A DNA stretch of 64,000 bases, taken from positions 142,052 through 206,051 of the forward strand of contig JAOAAY010000001.1 in assembly GCA_026418615.1 (NCBI GenBank). The letters run 5' to 3'. Positions within the stretch are counted from its first letter, which is position 1, and the number at the start of each line of letters is the position of its first letter. Shown piece by piece: positions 37,490 to 46,932 of this stretch. The position numbers and the translations under genes were made by a program. The notes below the pieces were generated by a model. The model ran no database searches, had not been told where the DNA came from, and was given only the letters and a program-made list of their open reading frames with translations. Source of the stretch: Candidatus Sumerlaeaceae bacterium. Its GTDB lineage: Bacteria; Sumerlaeota; Sumerlaeia; Sumerlaeales; Sumerlaeaceae.

Positions 37490-38584
37490 TCAGGTTGCAT
37501 TGGGCAACCGGCGTTGTTCATCCTCAAGCGGCCGCCCGTTTTCCAGAGAAAACGCACCGCCGGCCGACGCCAGGCCCCTTTGGGCGTAGATGTCCTTCAC
37601 AACATCCTCGATGCCCGGTTCTTCGATGGTCAGGTCGCGAATCGTATGACGGGCAGAAATCCTGTTGATGAGTTCGCCCGCCGCCACGGCCCGGCGGTCG
37701 AAAATGAACTCGCCGCGGTATTCCTGCAGACGCCGGAACACGACGCCTCGCGCGGCGAGTTCAGCAAAATCCTCCGGCTGAGGATCGCGCTCGAAATCCA
37801 CAACGATGCGCTTGCGCGGGATGGTCGTTTCGATCAGGCGATCCAGCGCCCCGTCAAACACTTTCCGGCCATGATCAATGATGATGATCCGTTCGCACAA
37901 CTTTTCGATTTCCGCAAGGTCATGCGTCGTGAGCAGGATGGTCACTTTTTCCTTTTCATTGAGCGCCCGAAGAAAATCCCGCACTTGCGACTTTCCCAAA
38001 ACATCGAGGCCGATCGTCGGCTCGTCCAGAAACAATATCATTGGACGGTGCAGCAGCGAGGCGGCCAGATCGCAACGCATGCGCTGGCCCAGGGAAAGTT
38101 TGCGCACCGGCGTGTGCAAGAACTCGTCAAGGCCCAGCAGGTCGGACAACTCCCCCATCCGCTGGCGGAAACTGGCCTCGGGGACCTCATAGATTTTGCC
38201 CAGCAGGCGGAACGATTCCAGCACAGCCAGATCCCACCACAATTGCGTGCGCTGGCCAAACACGACTCCGATGTTTCGCACATACTGGCGACGCTGGCGG
38301 TACGGCACGAACCCGGCTACCGTAACTTCTCCCGAGGTTGGAACGAGGATCCCCGTGAGCATCTTGATGGTCGTGGACTTGCCCGCCCCGTTCGCGCCGA
38401 TGTATCCGACGATCTCCCCCCGCTGCAGTGAGAAGGTCATCCGGTCCACGGCCAAGGTTTCGCGCGTCTCCCGCCAGAATAAACTTTTCACGGCACCCCA
38501 CATCCCCTCCTGCACGCGCTGCGTGCGGAAAACCTTGGTCAAGTCGCGGACATCTATGAGGAGATCATGGTCATGACGGGTCAT
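37490..38584 (-). CDS. ABC transporter ATP-binding protein with C-terminal extension
   Basis: Walker A GANGAGKST, Q-loop, signature LSLGQRMR, Walker B ILFLDEPT, H-loop. About 130 aa extra C-terminal domain. Overlaps the upstream histidine-kinase gene by 14 nt. Confidence 0.85.
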   Translation of the reverse strand: MTRHDHDLLIDVRDLTKVFRTQRVQEGMWGAVKSLFWRETRETLAVDRMTFSLQRGEIVGYIGANGAGKSTTIKMLTGILVPTSGEVTVAGFVPYRQRRQYVRNIGVVFGQRTQLWWDLAVLESFRLLGKIYEVPEASFRQRMGELSDLLGLDEFLHTPVRKLSLGQRMRCDLAASLLHRPMILFLDEPTIGLDVLGKSQVRDFLRALNEKEKVTILLTTHDLAEIEKLCERIIIIDHGRKVFDGALDRLIETTIPRKRIVVDFERDPQPEDFAELAARGVVFRRLQEYRGEFIFDRRAVAAGELINRISARHTIRDLTIEEPGIEDVVKDIYAQRGLASAGGAFSLENGRPLEDEQRRLPNAT

Positions 38585-40400
38585 GGGAGGTCCGGTCGTC
38601 TCGTGCTACAGACGGGAAGGTCAAGGTGACCGTTGTGCCCTGGCCCGGCTGACTGTCGAGTTCAATTGTGCCACCCGCGTTGGAAACGAGGCTCAGCGTA
38701 ACCGGCAACCCGAGACCGGTGCCCTGCCCTTCGCGCTTGGTCGTGTAAAACGGTTCAAAAACGCGCGGCAGGTGTTCCGGCGCGATACCGACGCCGGTAT
38801 CGCGGATGATGACCACCACCCGCTCGCCAGCCGGTTGAGTGGTGATGGTGATTAGCCCGCCCTCCTCGCCAAACGCGTCCTCGGCGTTCTTGAGTATGTT
38901 GATGAGAATCTGGCGGAAGTGATCTGGCGGCATAAAAACCGGCGGCAAGGATGGCGCCAGATTAAGTTGGACCGTGATGCGGCGGCGCGAAAGGGTTCCC
39001 TCGATCAGGGTCACAAGCGACTCTATCTGCGCGTTGATGTCGAACCGCCTCGACTCGGCCGGTTGAGGCTGATGGAGTTCGAGGAGAAGACGGATTGTGC
39101 GCGCCGCACGGTCGAGTTCTTCATCAATAATTTTTAGTGCCTCCGGGTCGCGGCCGCCCGTTTCGCGCAGTATACGCAGATAGTTTTTGATGATGCCGAG
39201 CGGATTGTTGATTTCGTGGGCGATGTTGCCGGCCAGCCGCCCCGCGGCGACTAGCCGCTCGGTGCGGATGAGTTCCCGGTGGGTGCGTTCGAGTTCGGCC
39301 GTGCGCTCGCGCACCTTGTCTTCAATCTCGCGCCGGTGCTTTTCCTCGGCCGCGCGCGCCTCGGCGATGCGGCGCGCCATCTCATTGAACGCGCGCGCCA
39401 GATCTTCGATTTCATCCCCCGTGCGGACATCCACAAAGGCGTCGAGATCGCCGCGGCCGAGCCGCTCAGCCTGCCGGTGCAGGAGATGAACCGGGCGAAG
39501 GAACCAGCGAGCCAGAAGAATGCTCAGAAACATCAGCAGCGCGGACAGCGGCACGGCCGAGATGACAAGCGGCCAAATAAAGGCGTCGAGCGCATGGAAT
39601 GCGTCCGCCAGACCCATCTCGACGAGCACGACCCAGTCGGCTGTGGAACTGCGCTCCGTTTGCTTCAGGCGCAGGACGCGTAAAGCAGAAAAACCAATGA
39701 CTCGCGGCTCGCTCGGCTCATGATCTACCTTAAACCATCCCGAAACCGCACCCGTTAGGCGGCGGATATTGGCTCTGGCTACCGCGCTCAGGCGCTCGTC
39801 TGGCAGACGGCCGCCAATGAGGCCGTTCGAGACCGAATAGACGGCCGCGATCCCGGCCTCTCCGCTGGCGCCGGCTGACACGACCGGGTCCAACAACCGT
39901 CGCGCCGCAACAGTGGCAACGAGGCACGCCGTCGTATCAACGGAGGGAGCGACCAACATGACCAGTCGCGATTCTGTCGGCGGTGTGACCGGAGGCTCCA
40001 AAACGCCGACCGATCCGCGAGACAGCAAATCCGGCGCCACGGAAGTTTCGGTAGGACTCCCGGGAGCGGTACCGATCCATTGGCGGAGAGCGTCGGGCAA
40101 CGGAACGACCTGAACGCCATCAAAAAGCCCGCGGCAAACGGCAACGGCCTCCTCCGGCGCGGCCCCCGCGGCAATCAATCCGGATGCCGAGGTCAGCGCA
40201 TCGCAACGCTGCTGCAGGGCGGCATCCAGCGCTACAGCAGCGGACTCTGCCCGCTCCTGAGCATAGGCGCCAAAGGCCTCCTCGATGGCGACTGAAGCAT
40301 TGAGATAGAGATACGCCAGCCCGGCCGCTGCCGGCAGGATTCCCACCAGCAGCAAGAGCAACAGCAGTTTGCGTTGGACGGTCCGGACGAATAGCGCCAT
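38571..40400 (-). CDS. sensor histidine kinase (periplasmic sensor-HAMP-HisKA-HATPase)
   Basis: Two TM helices flank an about 250-aa periplasmic region. HAMP domain, H-box AHEINNPLGII, N box, and G boxes DTGVGI / GTGLGL. Confidence 0.88.
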   Translation of the reverse strand: MALFVRTVQRKLLLLLLLVGILPAAAGLAYLYLNASVAIEEAFGAYAQERAESAAVALDAALQQRCDALTSASGLIAAGAAPEEAVAVCRGLFDGVQVVPLPDALRQWIGTAPGSPTETSVAPDLLSRGSVGVLEPPVTPPTESRLVMLVAPSVDTTACLVATVAARRLLDPVVSAGASGEAGIAAVYSVSNGLIGGRLPDERLSAVARANIRRLTGAVSGWFKVDHEPSEPRVIGFSALRVLRLKQTERSSTADWVVLVEMGLADAFHALDAFIWPLVISAVPLSALLMFLSILLARWFLRPVHLLHRQAERLGRGDLDAFVDVRTGDEIEDLARAFNEMARRIAEARAAEEKHRREIEDKVRERTAELERTHRELIRTERLVAAGRLAGNIAHEINNPLGIIKNYLRILRETGGRDPEALKIIDEELDRAARTIRLLLELHQPQPAESRRFDINAQIESLVTLIEGTLSRRRITVQLNLAPSLPPVFMPPDHFRQILINILKNAEDAFGEEGGLITITTQPAGERVVVIIRDTGVGIAPEHLPRVFEPFYTTKREGQGTGLGLPVTLSLVSNAGGTIELDSQPGQGTTVTLTFPSVARDDRTSHDPS

Positions 40401-40472
40401 GAGCCCCTCTGCGTCTCCACGACAATTGGTTTGCTATTTCGCGCCTCGCGCAATTGCAACAGACGCGTGGAA

Positions 40473-41681
40473 ATGAGCAAGACCCCCCCGCCGCCGCACC
40501 GCGTGCTCATCATGTGCGCCGTTGACTTCACTGTACGGCAATTTCTACTGCCCGTGGCCCGCGCACTGACCGACCACGGATGCCGCGTAACCATCACCTG
40601 CAGTCGCGGACCAATGTTCGATTCTATCCGCCGCGAAGGCTACGACATCCGGGAAAACCCGGTGTCGCGCTCCATGAATGTGGTCAGCCATGCGGCGGCT
40701 GTTTGGCGGACATGGTGCCTGCTGCGCCGCGAGCGGTTTGATGTGGTCCATGTGCACACGCCCATCGCGGCACTGGTAGGCCGCATCGCAGCGCGCCTCG
40801 CCGGCGTGCCAGTCATCATCTATACGGCCCATGGTTTTTATTTTCATCCGGACATGGCCGGATGGAAACGCGCGCTGCACATCAGCCTCGAGCGCCTCGG
40901 CGCCCTCTGCGGGCACTTCATCATGACTGTGAGCGACGAAGACCGCGCCGAGGCGATCCGCACCGGCATCGCAAAGCCTGATAACATTGAAACCATCTAC
41001 AATGGCATTGATACCGCCCGGTTCGACCCAGCCCGCTTCCCGGACGCCGACAGAGCCGCGTTTCGCGCGGCACACGGGATTCCCGCGGAAGCCCATGTGG
41101 TGGGCATTGTCGGCCGGCTTGTGCGCGAAAAAGGATTTATAGAACTGTTTGAAGCGGCGGCCGCACTCCGCGGCGATGCCCCGCACATTCGCGTGCTGGT
41201 CGTGGGCGACGCCCTACCCAGCGAGCATGACGCCGGCAAGGCGCTCATCGTGGAGCGCGCCCGCGCGCTGGGACTCGACACAGCGATCACATGGGCCGGC
41301 ATGGTGGATGACACTGCGCCGTGGCTGGCCGCCATGGACTCGTTCGCACTGCCTTCCTATCGGGAGGGAATGCCAGTCTCGCTATTGGAAGCCATGGGGA
41401 TGGCGCTGCCATGCGTCGCCTCGAATATTCGCGGCTGCCGGGAGGAAATCGTAAACGGTGACAGCGGATGGCTGGTGCCTCCGCGCGACGCCGCGGCTCT
41501 CGCCGACCGTCTCCGATGGATCCTGAGGCATCCCGCCGAAGCGAAGCAAATGGGCCGGCAGGCCCGCCATCGTGTAATGGAACACTTCGACATCCGACGG
41601 GTGCTGGATCATCAGATGGAAATCTACGACCGCCTCCTGCGTCACCGAACGGGCCGGGGACTGCCTACGGCGCAGTCGTAG
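40473..41681 (+). CDS. glycosyltransferase family 4 (GT-B fold)
   Basis: Track ORF trimmed to the MSKTPPP Met. GT4 blocks present, including the C-terminal E-x7-E region (EGMPVSLLEAMGMALPCVAS). Confidence 0.8.
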   Translation: MSKTPPPPHRVLIMCAVDFTVRQFLLPVARALTDHGCRVTITCSRGPMFDSIRREGYDIRENPVSRSMNVVSHAAAVWRTWCLLRRERFDVVHVHTPIAALVGRIAARLAGVPVIIYTAHGFYFHPDMAGWKRALHISLERLGALCGHFIMTVSDEDRAEAIRTGIAKPDNIETIYNGIDTARFDPARFPDADRAAFRAAHGIPAEAHVVGIVGRLVREKGFIELFEAAAALRGDAPHIRVLVVGDALPSEHDAGKALIVERARALGLDTAITWAGMVDDTAPWLAAMDSFALPSYREGMPVSLLEAMGMALPCVASNIRGCREEIVNGDSGWLVPPRDAAALADRLRWILRHPAEAKQMGRQARHRVMEHFDIRRVLDHQMEIYDRLLRHRTGRGLPTAQS

Positions 41682-42174
41682 CGCTGTCCGTGGATCCTGT
41701 CGCAGGTGCGGTGGTGCCGGCAGTCCCGTCGCTAACCGCTGCATCCGGCACGGTTTGCCGGCGCAACTCGTCGCGCAATGCACGCCAGCGGGCGGGCGTC
41801 AACAACGCCCGGCGCTCCGCAACCGCCCGACGCTCAGCGTCAGCATCGCCGGACGATCGGGCCAGAAATAACTTCGACTCCAGATCCAACAGACGCGCCA
41901 GTTCTTCTTCGTTGAGCCCGGCCGCACGCCCCGCAGCCTCCAGCCGCGCCCAACGCTGCTCCATGCCCTCGGGAATACGGACAATATGCCGCACCGGCGC
42001 CGTGGTTAGATCCTCTTCGGCCGTCTCCGCCGCTGTTGTCACCATCTCGACAGGTGTCGTCGCAGTGGTGGCTTGTTCCGGGCCTGTGGTCTCCGCGCCG
42101 GAGGGCAGGCCAGTTTGCACCATGACGGCCATCAAAAGCGCCCAGCCAATCCGTCTCCGATATGTCACGACCAC
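41665..42174 (-). CDS. hypothetical secreted Ala/Thr/Arg-rich protein
   Basis: 169 aa with signal-like N-terminus and low-complexity sequence. Could also be a spurious high-GC ORF. Confidence 0.28.
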   Translation of the reverse strand: MVVTYRRRIGWALLMAVMVQTGLPSGAETTGPEQATTATTPVEMVTTAAETAEEDLTTAPVRHIVRIPEGMEQRWARLEAAGRAAGLNEEELARLLDLESKLFLARSSGDADAERRAVAERRALLTPARWRALRDELRRQTVPDAAVSDGTAGTTAPATGSTDSATTAP

Positions 42175-42199
42175 ACCTCGCTCATGGTCTTGCCACCCA

Positions 42200-42907
42200 T
42201 CAGAACAGCGTCATGTCCAACCCGTTTACCCGAACGGGCCGGTCGCAAACAAAACTCTCCCCGTACAGGGCGTCAATCAGATTGCCTGCGTACTGACGCC
42301 GCGCCATGAGGCGATCGCGGTATCCGGGAATCGCATTGAGTTGCGATCCGTAGAGATTCGCCAGTTCCAGCCAACGCTCGTGGTAAGCGGTCGCGTCAAA
42401 TACAAAAGTGGGTTTTATATCAAACGGATGCAGGTAGTAGGCAATGTTGGGAATCCAGAAAGGTTCCTGACCCGTGTCAATGTTCCGGAACCGGCAAAGA
42501 CGGAATGCGGCCCGGACAATCTGGCCGGTGGCCTCGTGGTCGGGATGCATCAGCGGATACTCGTAGTACTGGCAAAGAATCAGCCGGGGTCGAATGTCGC
42601 GAATGGCGCGGATCAATCTCAGCCGCGACTCGAACGAGTCGCTAATGCGCGTGTCTTCGAAATCGAGCCACATGAGGTCGGCGCCCATATAGTTGGCTGC
42701 GGCCCGTGCCTCCGCATCGCGCGTCTCGCGATTGCCGTAGGTCCCGGCCTCCCCATGCGTCATATGCACCACAATGGTTTTTTTGCCTTGGTCGCGCAGG
42801 TAAAGCATCGTGGCACCAATCGAGTGTTCCACATCGTCGGGGTGCGCACCGATGGCCATGACATCGTATTTGAAATCGGTCTGTCTGCTCATGCGCCCAT
42901 GCCGCAT
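42200..42907 (-). CDS. PIG-L/LmbE family N-acetylglucosaminyl deacetylase
   Basis: Diagnostic AHPDDVE and HPDHEATG zinc-binding motifs. The track ORF is trimmed from 377 aa to the MRHGRMS Met (236 aa); the N-terminal extension is untrustworthy because it would overlap the upstream permease. Confidence 0.75.
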   Translation of the reverse strand: MRHGRMSRQTDFKYDVMAIGAHPDDVEHSIGATMLYLRDQGKKTIVVHMTHGEAGTYGNRETRDAEARAAANYMGADLMWLDFEDTRISDSFESRLRLIRAIRDIRPRLILCQYYEYPLMHPDHEATGQIVRAAFRLCRFRNIDTGQEPFWIPNIAYYLHPFDIKPTFVFDATAYHERWLELANLYGSQLNAIPGYRDRLMARRQYAGNLIDALYGESFVCDRPVRVNGLDMTLF

Positions 42908-42951
42908 GAAGGCGCCGCCCCGCTCAACACGAAAAACCACAAGCAGCGCCG

Positions 42952-44055
42952 TCAGACGGCGCGCTTCCTGAAACGGACGGAACTCACCGTTACGAGGAGC
43001 ACGGCAAACCCGGCCAAGGCCATGGTCTGAGGCCATAAAGCCTGCAAGCCGGCTCCGCGCAAAATGATCCCGCGCAGGATTTCCACATAATAGGTCACCG
43101 GCAGGCCAAAGCCTATCATGTAAATAGGCAGAGGCATGGTTTCCCGCGGAAAGGCGAAACCCGAAAGGAGCACCGACGGCAACATGATCAGCAGACTGAT
43201 CTGCATGGCCTCGCCCTGATTGGTAGCCAGCGTCGAGATCAGAATGCCAAGAGCCAGCGAGGGCAGCAGGAAGAGCGAGGAGAGCGCCAGCAGCAGGAAC
43301 AGGTCGCCCTCGATCCTCACACCAAACACCCACCGCATCAGCAGCAACACCACAACCGACTGCATCATGCCGATCACGGCGTAGGGAATCAGTTTGCCGA
43401 GCACCAATGATGCCCGCGAAACGGGCGTAACGCTAAGTTGCTCGAGCGTACCGCGCTCGCGCTCGCGCACAATGCTGAACGCCGTGAGCGTAACAGTCAC
43501 CAGTTGCAGAATGATTCCGATCAAGCCCGGCACATAAAAGTTTGCACTGACAAGGTCAGGGTTGAACAGCACGCGCGGCCGCACATCCACGGCCTGTTCC
43601 CGCGGCGCCAGCCGGCCCGGCCGCCCTGTTTCGAGCAGACCGATGGCGCGCGCCGTTTGAACCGCATTGGTTGCAACCACGCTGTCCGAGCCGTCCACGA
43701 GCACCTGCACCGTGGCCTGCTGGCCGGCAAGCAGGCGCCGTGAGTAATCTGGCGGCACCACGACGGCCACCTTGGCACGGCCGGATACAATCTGTTCCTT
43801 TGCCTCCCGGACGCTGCGCGACTCGCCGATGATGCGGAAAGTCCGCGTGTTGTGCAGCCGCTCCACCACGCGCCGCCCGTCGGCGCTGCGGTCCATGTCA
43901 ACCACAACTGTGGCGATGTTCTGAATGTCGAGATCAATCGCAAAACCAAAGATAAAGGTCTGAATGACCGGAATGAGAAAGACGAGCCGCGTGCTGCGGT
44001 CGCGACGCATCTGGATCATCTCTTTATAGATGATTGCCCCCAGCCCCCGGAGCAT
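42952..44055 (-). CDS. ABC-2 type transporter permease
   Basis: 367 aa. N-terminal cytoplasmic segment, large periplasmic loop, then 5 C-terminal TM helices, the typical ABC-2 (YhhJ/YbhS-like) topology. Its start overlaps the ATPase stop (ATGA). Confidence 0.8.
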   Translation of the reverse strand: MLRGLGAIIYKEMIQMRRDRSTRLVFLIPVIQTFIFGFAIDLDIQNIATVVVDMDRSADGRRVVERLHNTRTFRIIGESRSVREAKEQIVSGRAKVAVVVPPDYSRRLLAGQQATVQVLVDGSDSVVATNAVQTARAIGLLETGRPGRLAPREQAVDVRPRVLFNPDLVSANFYVPGLIGIILQLVTVTLTAFSIVRERERGTLEQLSVTPVSRASLVLGKLIPYAVIGMMQSVVVLLLMRWVFGVRIEGDLFLLLALSSLFLLPSLALGILISTLATNQGEAMQISLLIMLPSVLLSGFAFPRETMPLPIYMIGFGLPVTYYVEILRGIILRGAGLQALWPQTMALAGFAVLLVTVSSVRFRKRAV

Positions 44056-45041
44056 CAGCGGGCGGCCTCCGTCTCACGGTTGGAAGGCTCGGTCACGGCG
44101 TACCGGCGGGTCAGCATGACAAAGACATCCTCCAGCGACGGAGCCGCGGCGCGTATGTGGCGACAACCCAGTCCGGCGGCCTCCAGTTGCCCGTGCACAT
44201 CCGCGTCGGCTGTTTCCTGCCGCAGCAGAAGATGGATTTCCCGGCCGAAAAGCGTGGCGTCCGCCACATCCGCGCGCTCACGCAGCAGCCCCAGGGCACG
44301 CCGGCTTTCCTCGCATTCGACATGCACGCGCCGGAATCCGGCGGGAGTCACCTCGGGCAGGCGTTTGAGATCATCCGGGCGGCCGCAAACGATAAGCCGC
44401 GACAGATAAATGTATCCGACGGCTGTGCAACGCTCCGCCTCGTCCATGTAATGTGTTGTCACAAACAGAGTCGTCCCTTCCCCCGACAGACGAAAAAGCA
44501 AATCCCACAACTCGCGGCGGGCCACGGGATCAATGCCGGCGGTCGGCTCGTCCAGGAAGATAATCCGCGGCTTATGAAGCAGCGCACATGCCACCGAGAG
44601 CCGCTGTTTCCATCCGCCGGAAAGGTGCCCGGCCAAAACGCCGCGGTATCCCCGGATGCCGACAAGGTCCATGACCTCATCGCGCCGGCGTCCAATATCC
44701 CGGCCAGATAAACCGTAAATGCGTCCAAAGAATCCGAGGTTTTCCTCTACCGTCAGATCTTCGTACAGGCTGAACTTTTGCGAGGTGTACCCGATCCGGC
44801 GCTTGATCCCTTCGGGGTCGCGACGCACACCGATGCCGTCAACACGCCCGTCGCCGCTGCTCGGCGCGAGCAGGCCGCAGAGCATGCGGATCACGGTGGA
44901 TTTACCGGAGCCGTTCGGCCCCAGAAAGCCGAAGATCGCACCGCGCTCGATTTCAAAACTCACCTCATTTACCGCCGTGAGAGGCCCGAACCGGCGCGTC
45001 AGCCGGTCAGCCACTACAGCCGGCCCTTCTCCGCCGCTCAT
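44055..45041 (-). CDS. ABC transporter ATP-binding protein
   Basis: Walker A GPNGSGKST, signature LSGGWKQR, Walker B IIFLDEPT. 4-nt overlap with the upstream HlyD gene. Confidence 0.88.
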   Translation of the reverse strand: MSGGEGPAVVADRLTRRFGPLTAVNEVSFEIERGAIFGFLGPNGSGKSTVIRMLCGLLAPSSGDGRVDGIGVRRDPEGIKRRIGYTSQKFSLYEDLTVEENLGFFGRIYGLSGRDIGRRRDEVMDLVGIRGYRGVLAGHLSGGWKQRLSVACALLHKPRIIFLDEPTAGIDPVARRELWDLLFRLSGEGTTLFVTTHYMDEAERCTAVGYIYLSRLIVCGRPDDLKRLPEVTPAGFRRVHVECEESRRALGLLRERADVADATLFGREIHLLLRQETADADVHGQLEAAGLGCRHIRAAAPSLEDVFVMLTRRYAVTEPSNRETEAAR

Positions 45042-46186
45042 CGCAGGGCCGCCGGCTCCGGGCGCACATCTGCGTACATGCCGGCACGAAGCGCGGAGGC
45101 GTCGCCCGTCACATCCACCTTCATTTCGAAAACCAGTTCGGACCGTTTCTCCGAAGTCTGCACATTTCGCGGGGTGAATTCAGCCTCTGCGTTCACACGC
45201 CGCACTCGGCCGGCGAAGCGGCGTCCGGGAAAACTGTCCACAGTTACAGTGACCGCTTGCCCCGGCCGGACCTCCCCAAGGCGGTTCTCCGGCACATAGC
45301 AGCGGATGTACGGCGCCTTATCCAACTGGATTACGGCGACCGGTTCCCCAGCCCGGACCAGATCGCCCGGTTCGAGATCCAATGTTTCAACCATCGCGCG
45401 GGCTGGAGCGAGAATTCGCGTTTCGGACAGCAGGGAATCAATACGCTCGACATTCGCCTGCGCCGCCAAAACGGCAGCACGAGCCGCCGCTATTTCCTCC
45501 GCTCTCGGACCATTGCGAAGCCGCTCCAAATCGGCTGATGCCTGTGCCAATTGCGCCTCCGCCATGGCGATCTCCTCCGGGCGCGATCCGCTTCGGTAGA
45601 GAGACGCCCGCTGGCGCGCCACCTCGACCGCTGCCCGGGCCGTCTCGAACAGCGATCGTTTCCGGTCCAGTTCCCGTTGATCTACTGTTCCCGTCTTATG
45701 CAGCGACTCGGTTCGTTCCAGTTCTTTTCTGGCCAGTTCCAGATCGCTTTCCGCGGAAACCACCTGGGCCTCGGCCTGCCTCACTTCCTCATCCCGGAAA
45801 CCCTTGCGACGCAAGTCGAGTTCGGCCTGACGCGCCCGCACCACAGCCTCCGCCCGCGCAATGTCCTCAGGTCGCGAACCCGCTAACAATAGGTCCAGTT
45901 GAGCCTGAGCCTGCGCCGCGGCGGCCTCAGCCTCGCTGTGCTGGGCCTTCAATTCCCGGTCGTCCAAGGCCAAGACAACTGCGCCCGCTTCGACCCAGTC
46001 GCCTTCCTCGGCGTTCACGGCAGCCACGCGCCCCCCGATCTTCGAGCCGATCCGGACCGTGTCCATTTCCACACGACCGCTCACGACCAGTGGTTGTACC
46101 CGGTCGCCGCATCCGGAAAAACATAGCGTCGCCCCATAGAGGATTAACGCCGCAGTGGTTTTCCCAACCCTCACACGGTCTCCCAT
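45038..46186 (-). CDS. HlyD-family membrane-fusion (periplasmic adaptor) lipoprotein
   Basis: Lipobox LCFSGC after trimming to the MGDRV start. Biotinyl-lipoyl-like beta hairpins flank a long Ala/Glu/Arg coiled coil. First gene of a four-gene minus-strand operon. Confidence 0.8.
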   Translation of the reverse strand: MGDRVRVGKTTAALILYGATLCFSGCGDRVQPLVVSGRVEMDTVRIGSKIGGRVAAVNAEEGDWVEAGAVVLALDDRELKAQHSEAEAAAAQAQAQLDLLLAGSRPEDIARAEAVVRARQAELDLRRKGFRDEEVRQAEAQVVSAESDLELARKELERTESLHKTGTVDQRELDRKRSLFETARAAVEVARQRASLYRSGSRPEEIAMAEAQLAQASADLERLRNGPRAEEIAAARAAVLAAQANVERIDSLLSETRILAPARAMVETLDLEPGDLVRAGEPVAVIQLDKAPYIRCYVPENRLGEVRPGQAVTVTVDSFPGRRFAGRVRRVNAEAEFTPRNVQTSEKRSELVFEMKVDVTGDASALRAGMYADVRPEPAALR

Positions 46187-46272
46187 GCGGCTATACTGCG
46201 GCACACTCCTTCCGCGTTCAACTCGAATCCGAATCGGCAGCCGCGTTCCCAACTCCCCCGCTTGCCAAATCC

Positions 46273-46722
46273 TTAAACACTGCTAGGACAAGGTAGAAAA
46301 CACTTGACTAACTCGCATAATATCCTTTGACTTTGCGCAGCCGGCTTGAGACCCAAACCCGCGCAAAAGCCCCGCGCATGATAGCAGACTTGCAAGGCGT
46401 GACCATCGGGATTGGGGCCTGCGCAACCGGCATCTTGGCAAACAGTGGCAGACTCCGCCCCACAGCGCGACTTGCCAAAGCCCGGCTCACCAATCAGGAC
46501 AAAAGCCTGCGGTAGCGGCTTGCCCGAACCGTCTTCACCCGCGACACATTTGTGCCACAACTCGCCCAGCCGGTTTAAGTCACGCCGGCGGCCGACAAAT
46601 TCAACCCGCTCAAAGTGGCAGCAATTGTTGGTCTGGCCCATGGCCGAATTACTGATTAAACGGCACGCCTTGGCCAGCACCCTCCCCACACAAAGGCCAA
46701 AACGGACATGATCACGAGCCAA
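46273..46722 (-). pseudogene. possible truncated STAND/AAA-NTPase-like N-terminal fragment
   Basis: The 149-aa ORF contains FVGRRRDLNRLGELW...AFVLIGEPGFGKSRC. This resembles the FVGR-E-L-x-L...GEAGIGKS(R/T) start of MalT/AfsR-type STAND ATPases but terminates after about 100 aa. It lies in a 660-bp intergenic region. Confidence 0.22.
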
Positions 46723-46932
46723 TCCCCCGAGATCCGGCTGCCGGAATCAGATGACTCACACACCTCCGAATCATGCGCGAGCACCGTTTGAACGCTCCTT
46801 GAAATGCTGCCACGCGGACGGTCTCTTTGTTCGCGGTTGCGTTTGTCCAAGGCATGGCGTTCCGGTTAGGTCTTGCGCTCGCTTTTGCAGGGACGAGTAG
46901 CGAACAACACCATGGCGGAGATGGCTGGTTTC

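Noticed and set aside
37349-38431. 360-aa plus-strand ORF
   Set aside because: Antisense to the ABC ATPase, whose Walker A, signature and Walker B motifs are all present.
41468-43030. 520-aa plus-strand ORF rich in Ala/Ser/Arg/Pro
   Set aside because: It is antisense to the PIG-L deacetylase and ABC-2 permease genes, which have clear catalytic and topological signatures. Long open antisense frames like this are typical in high-GC DNA.
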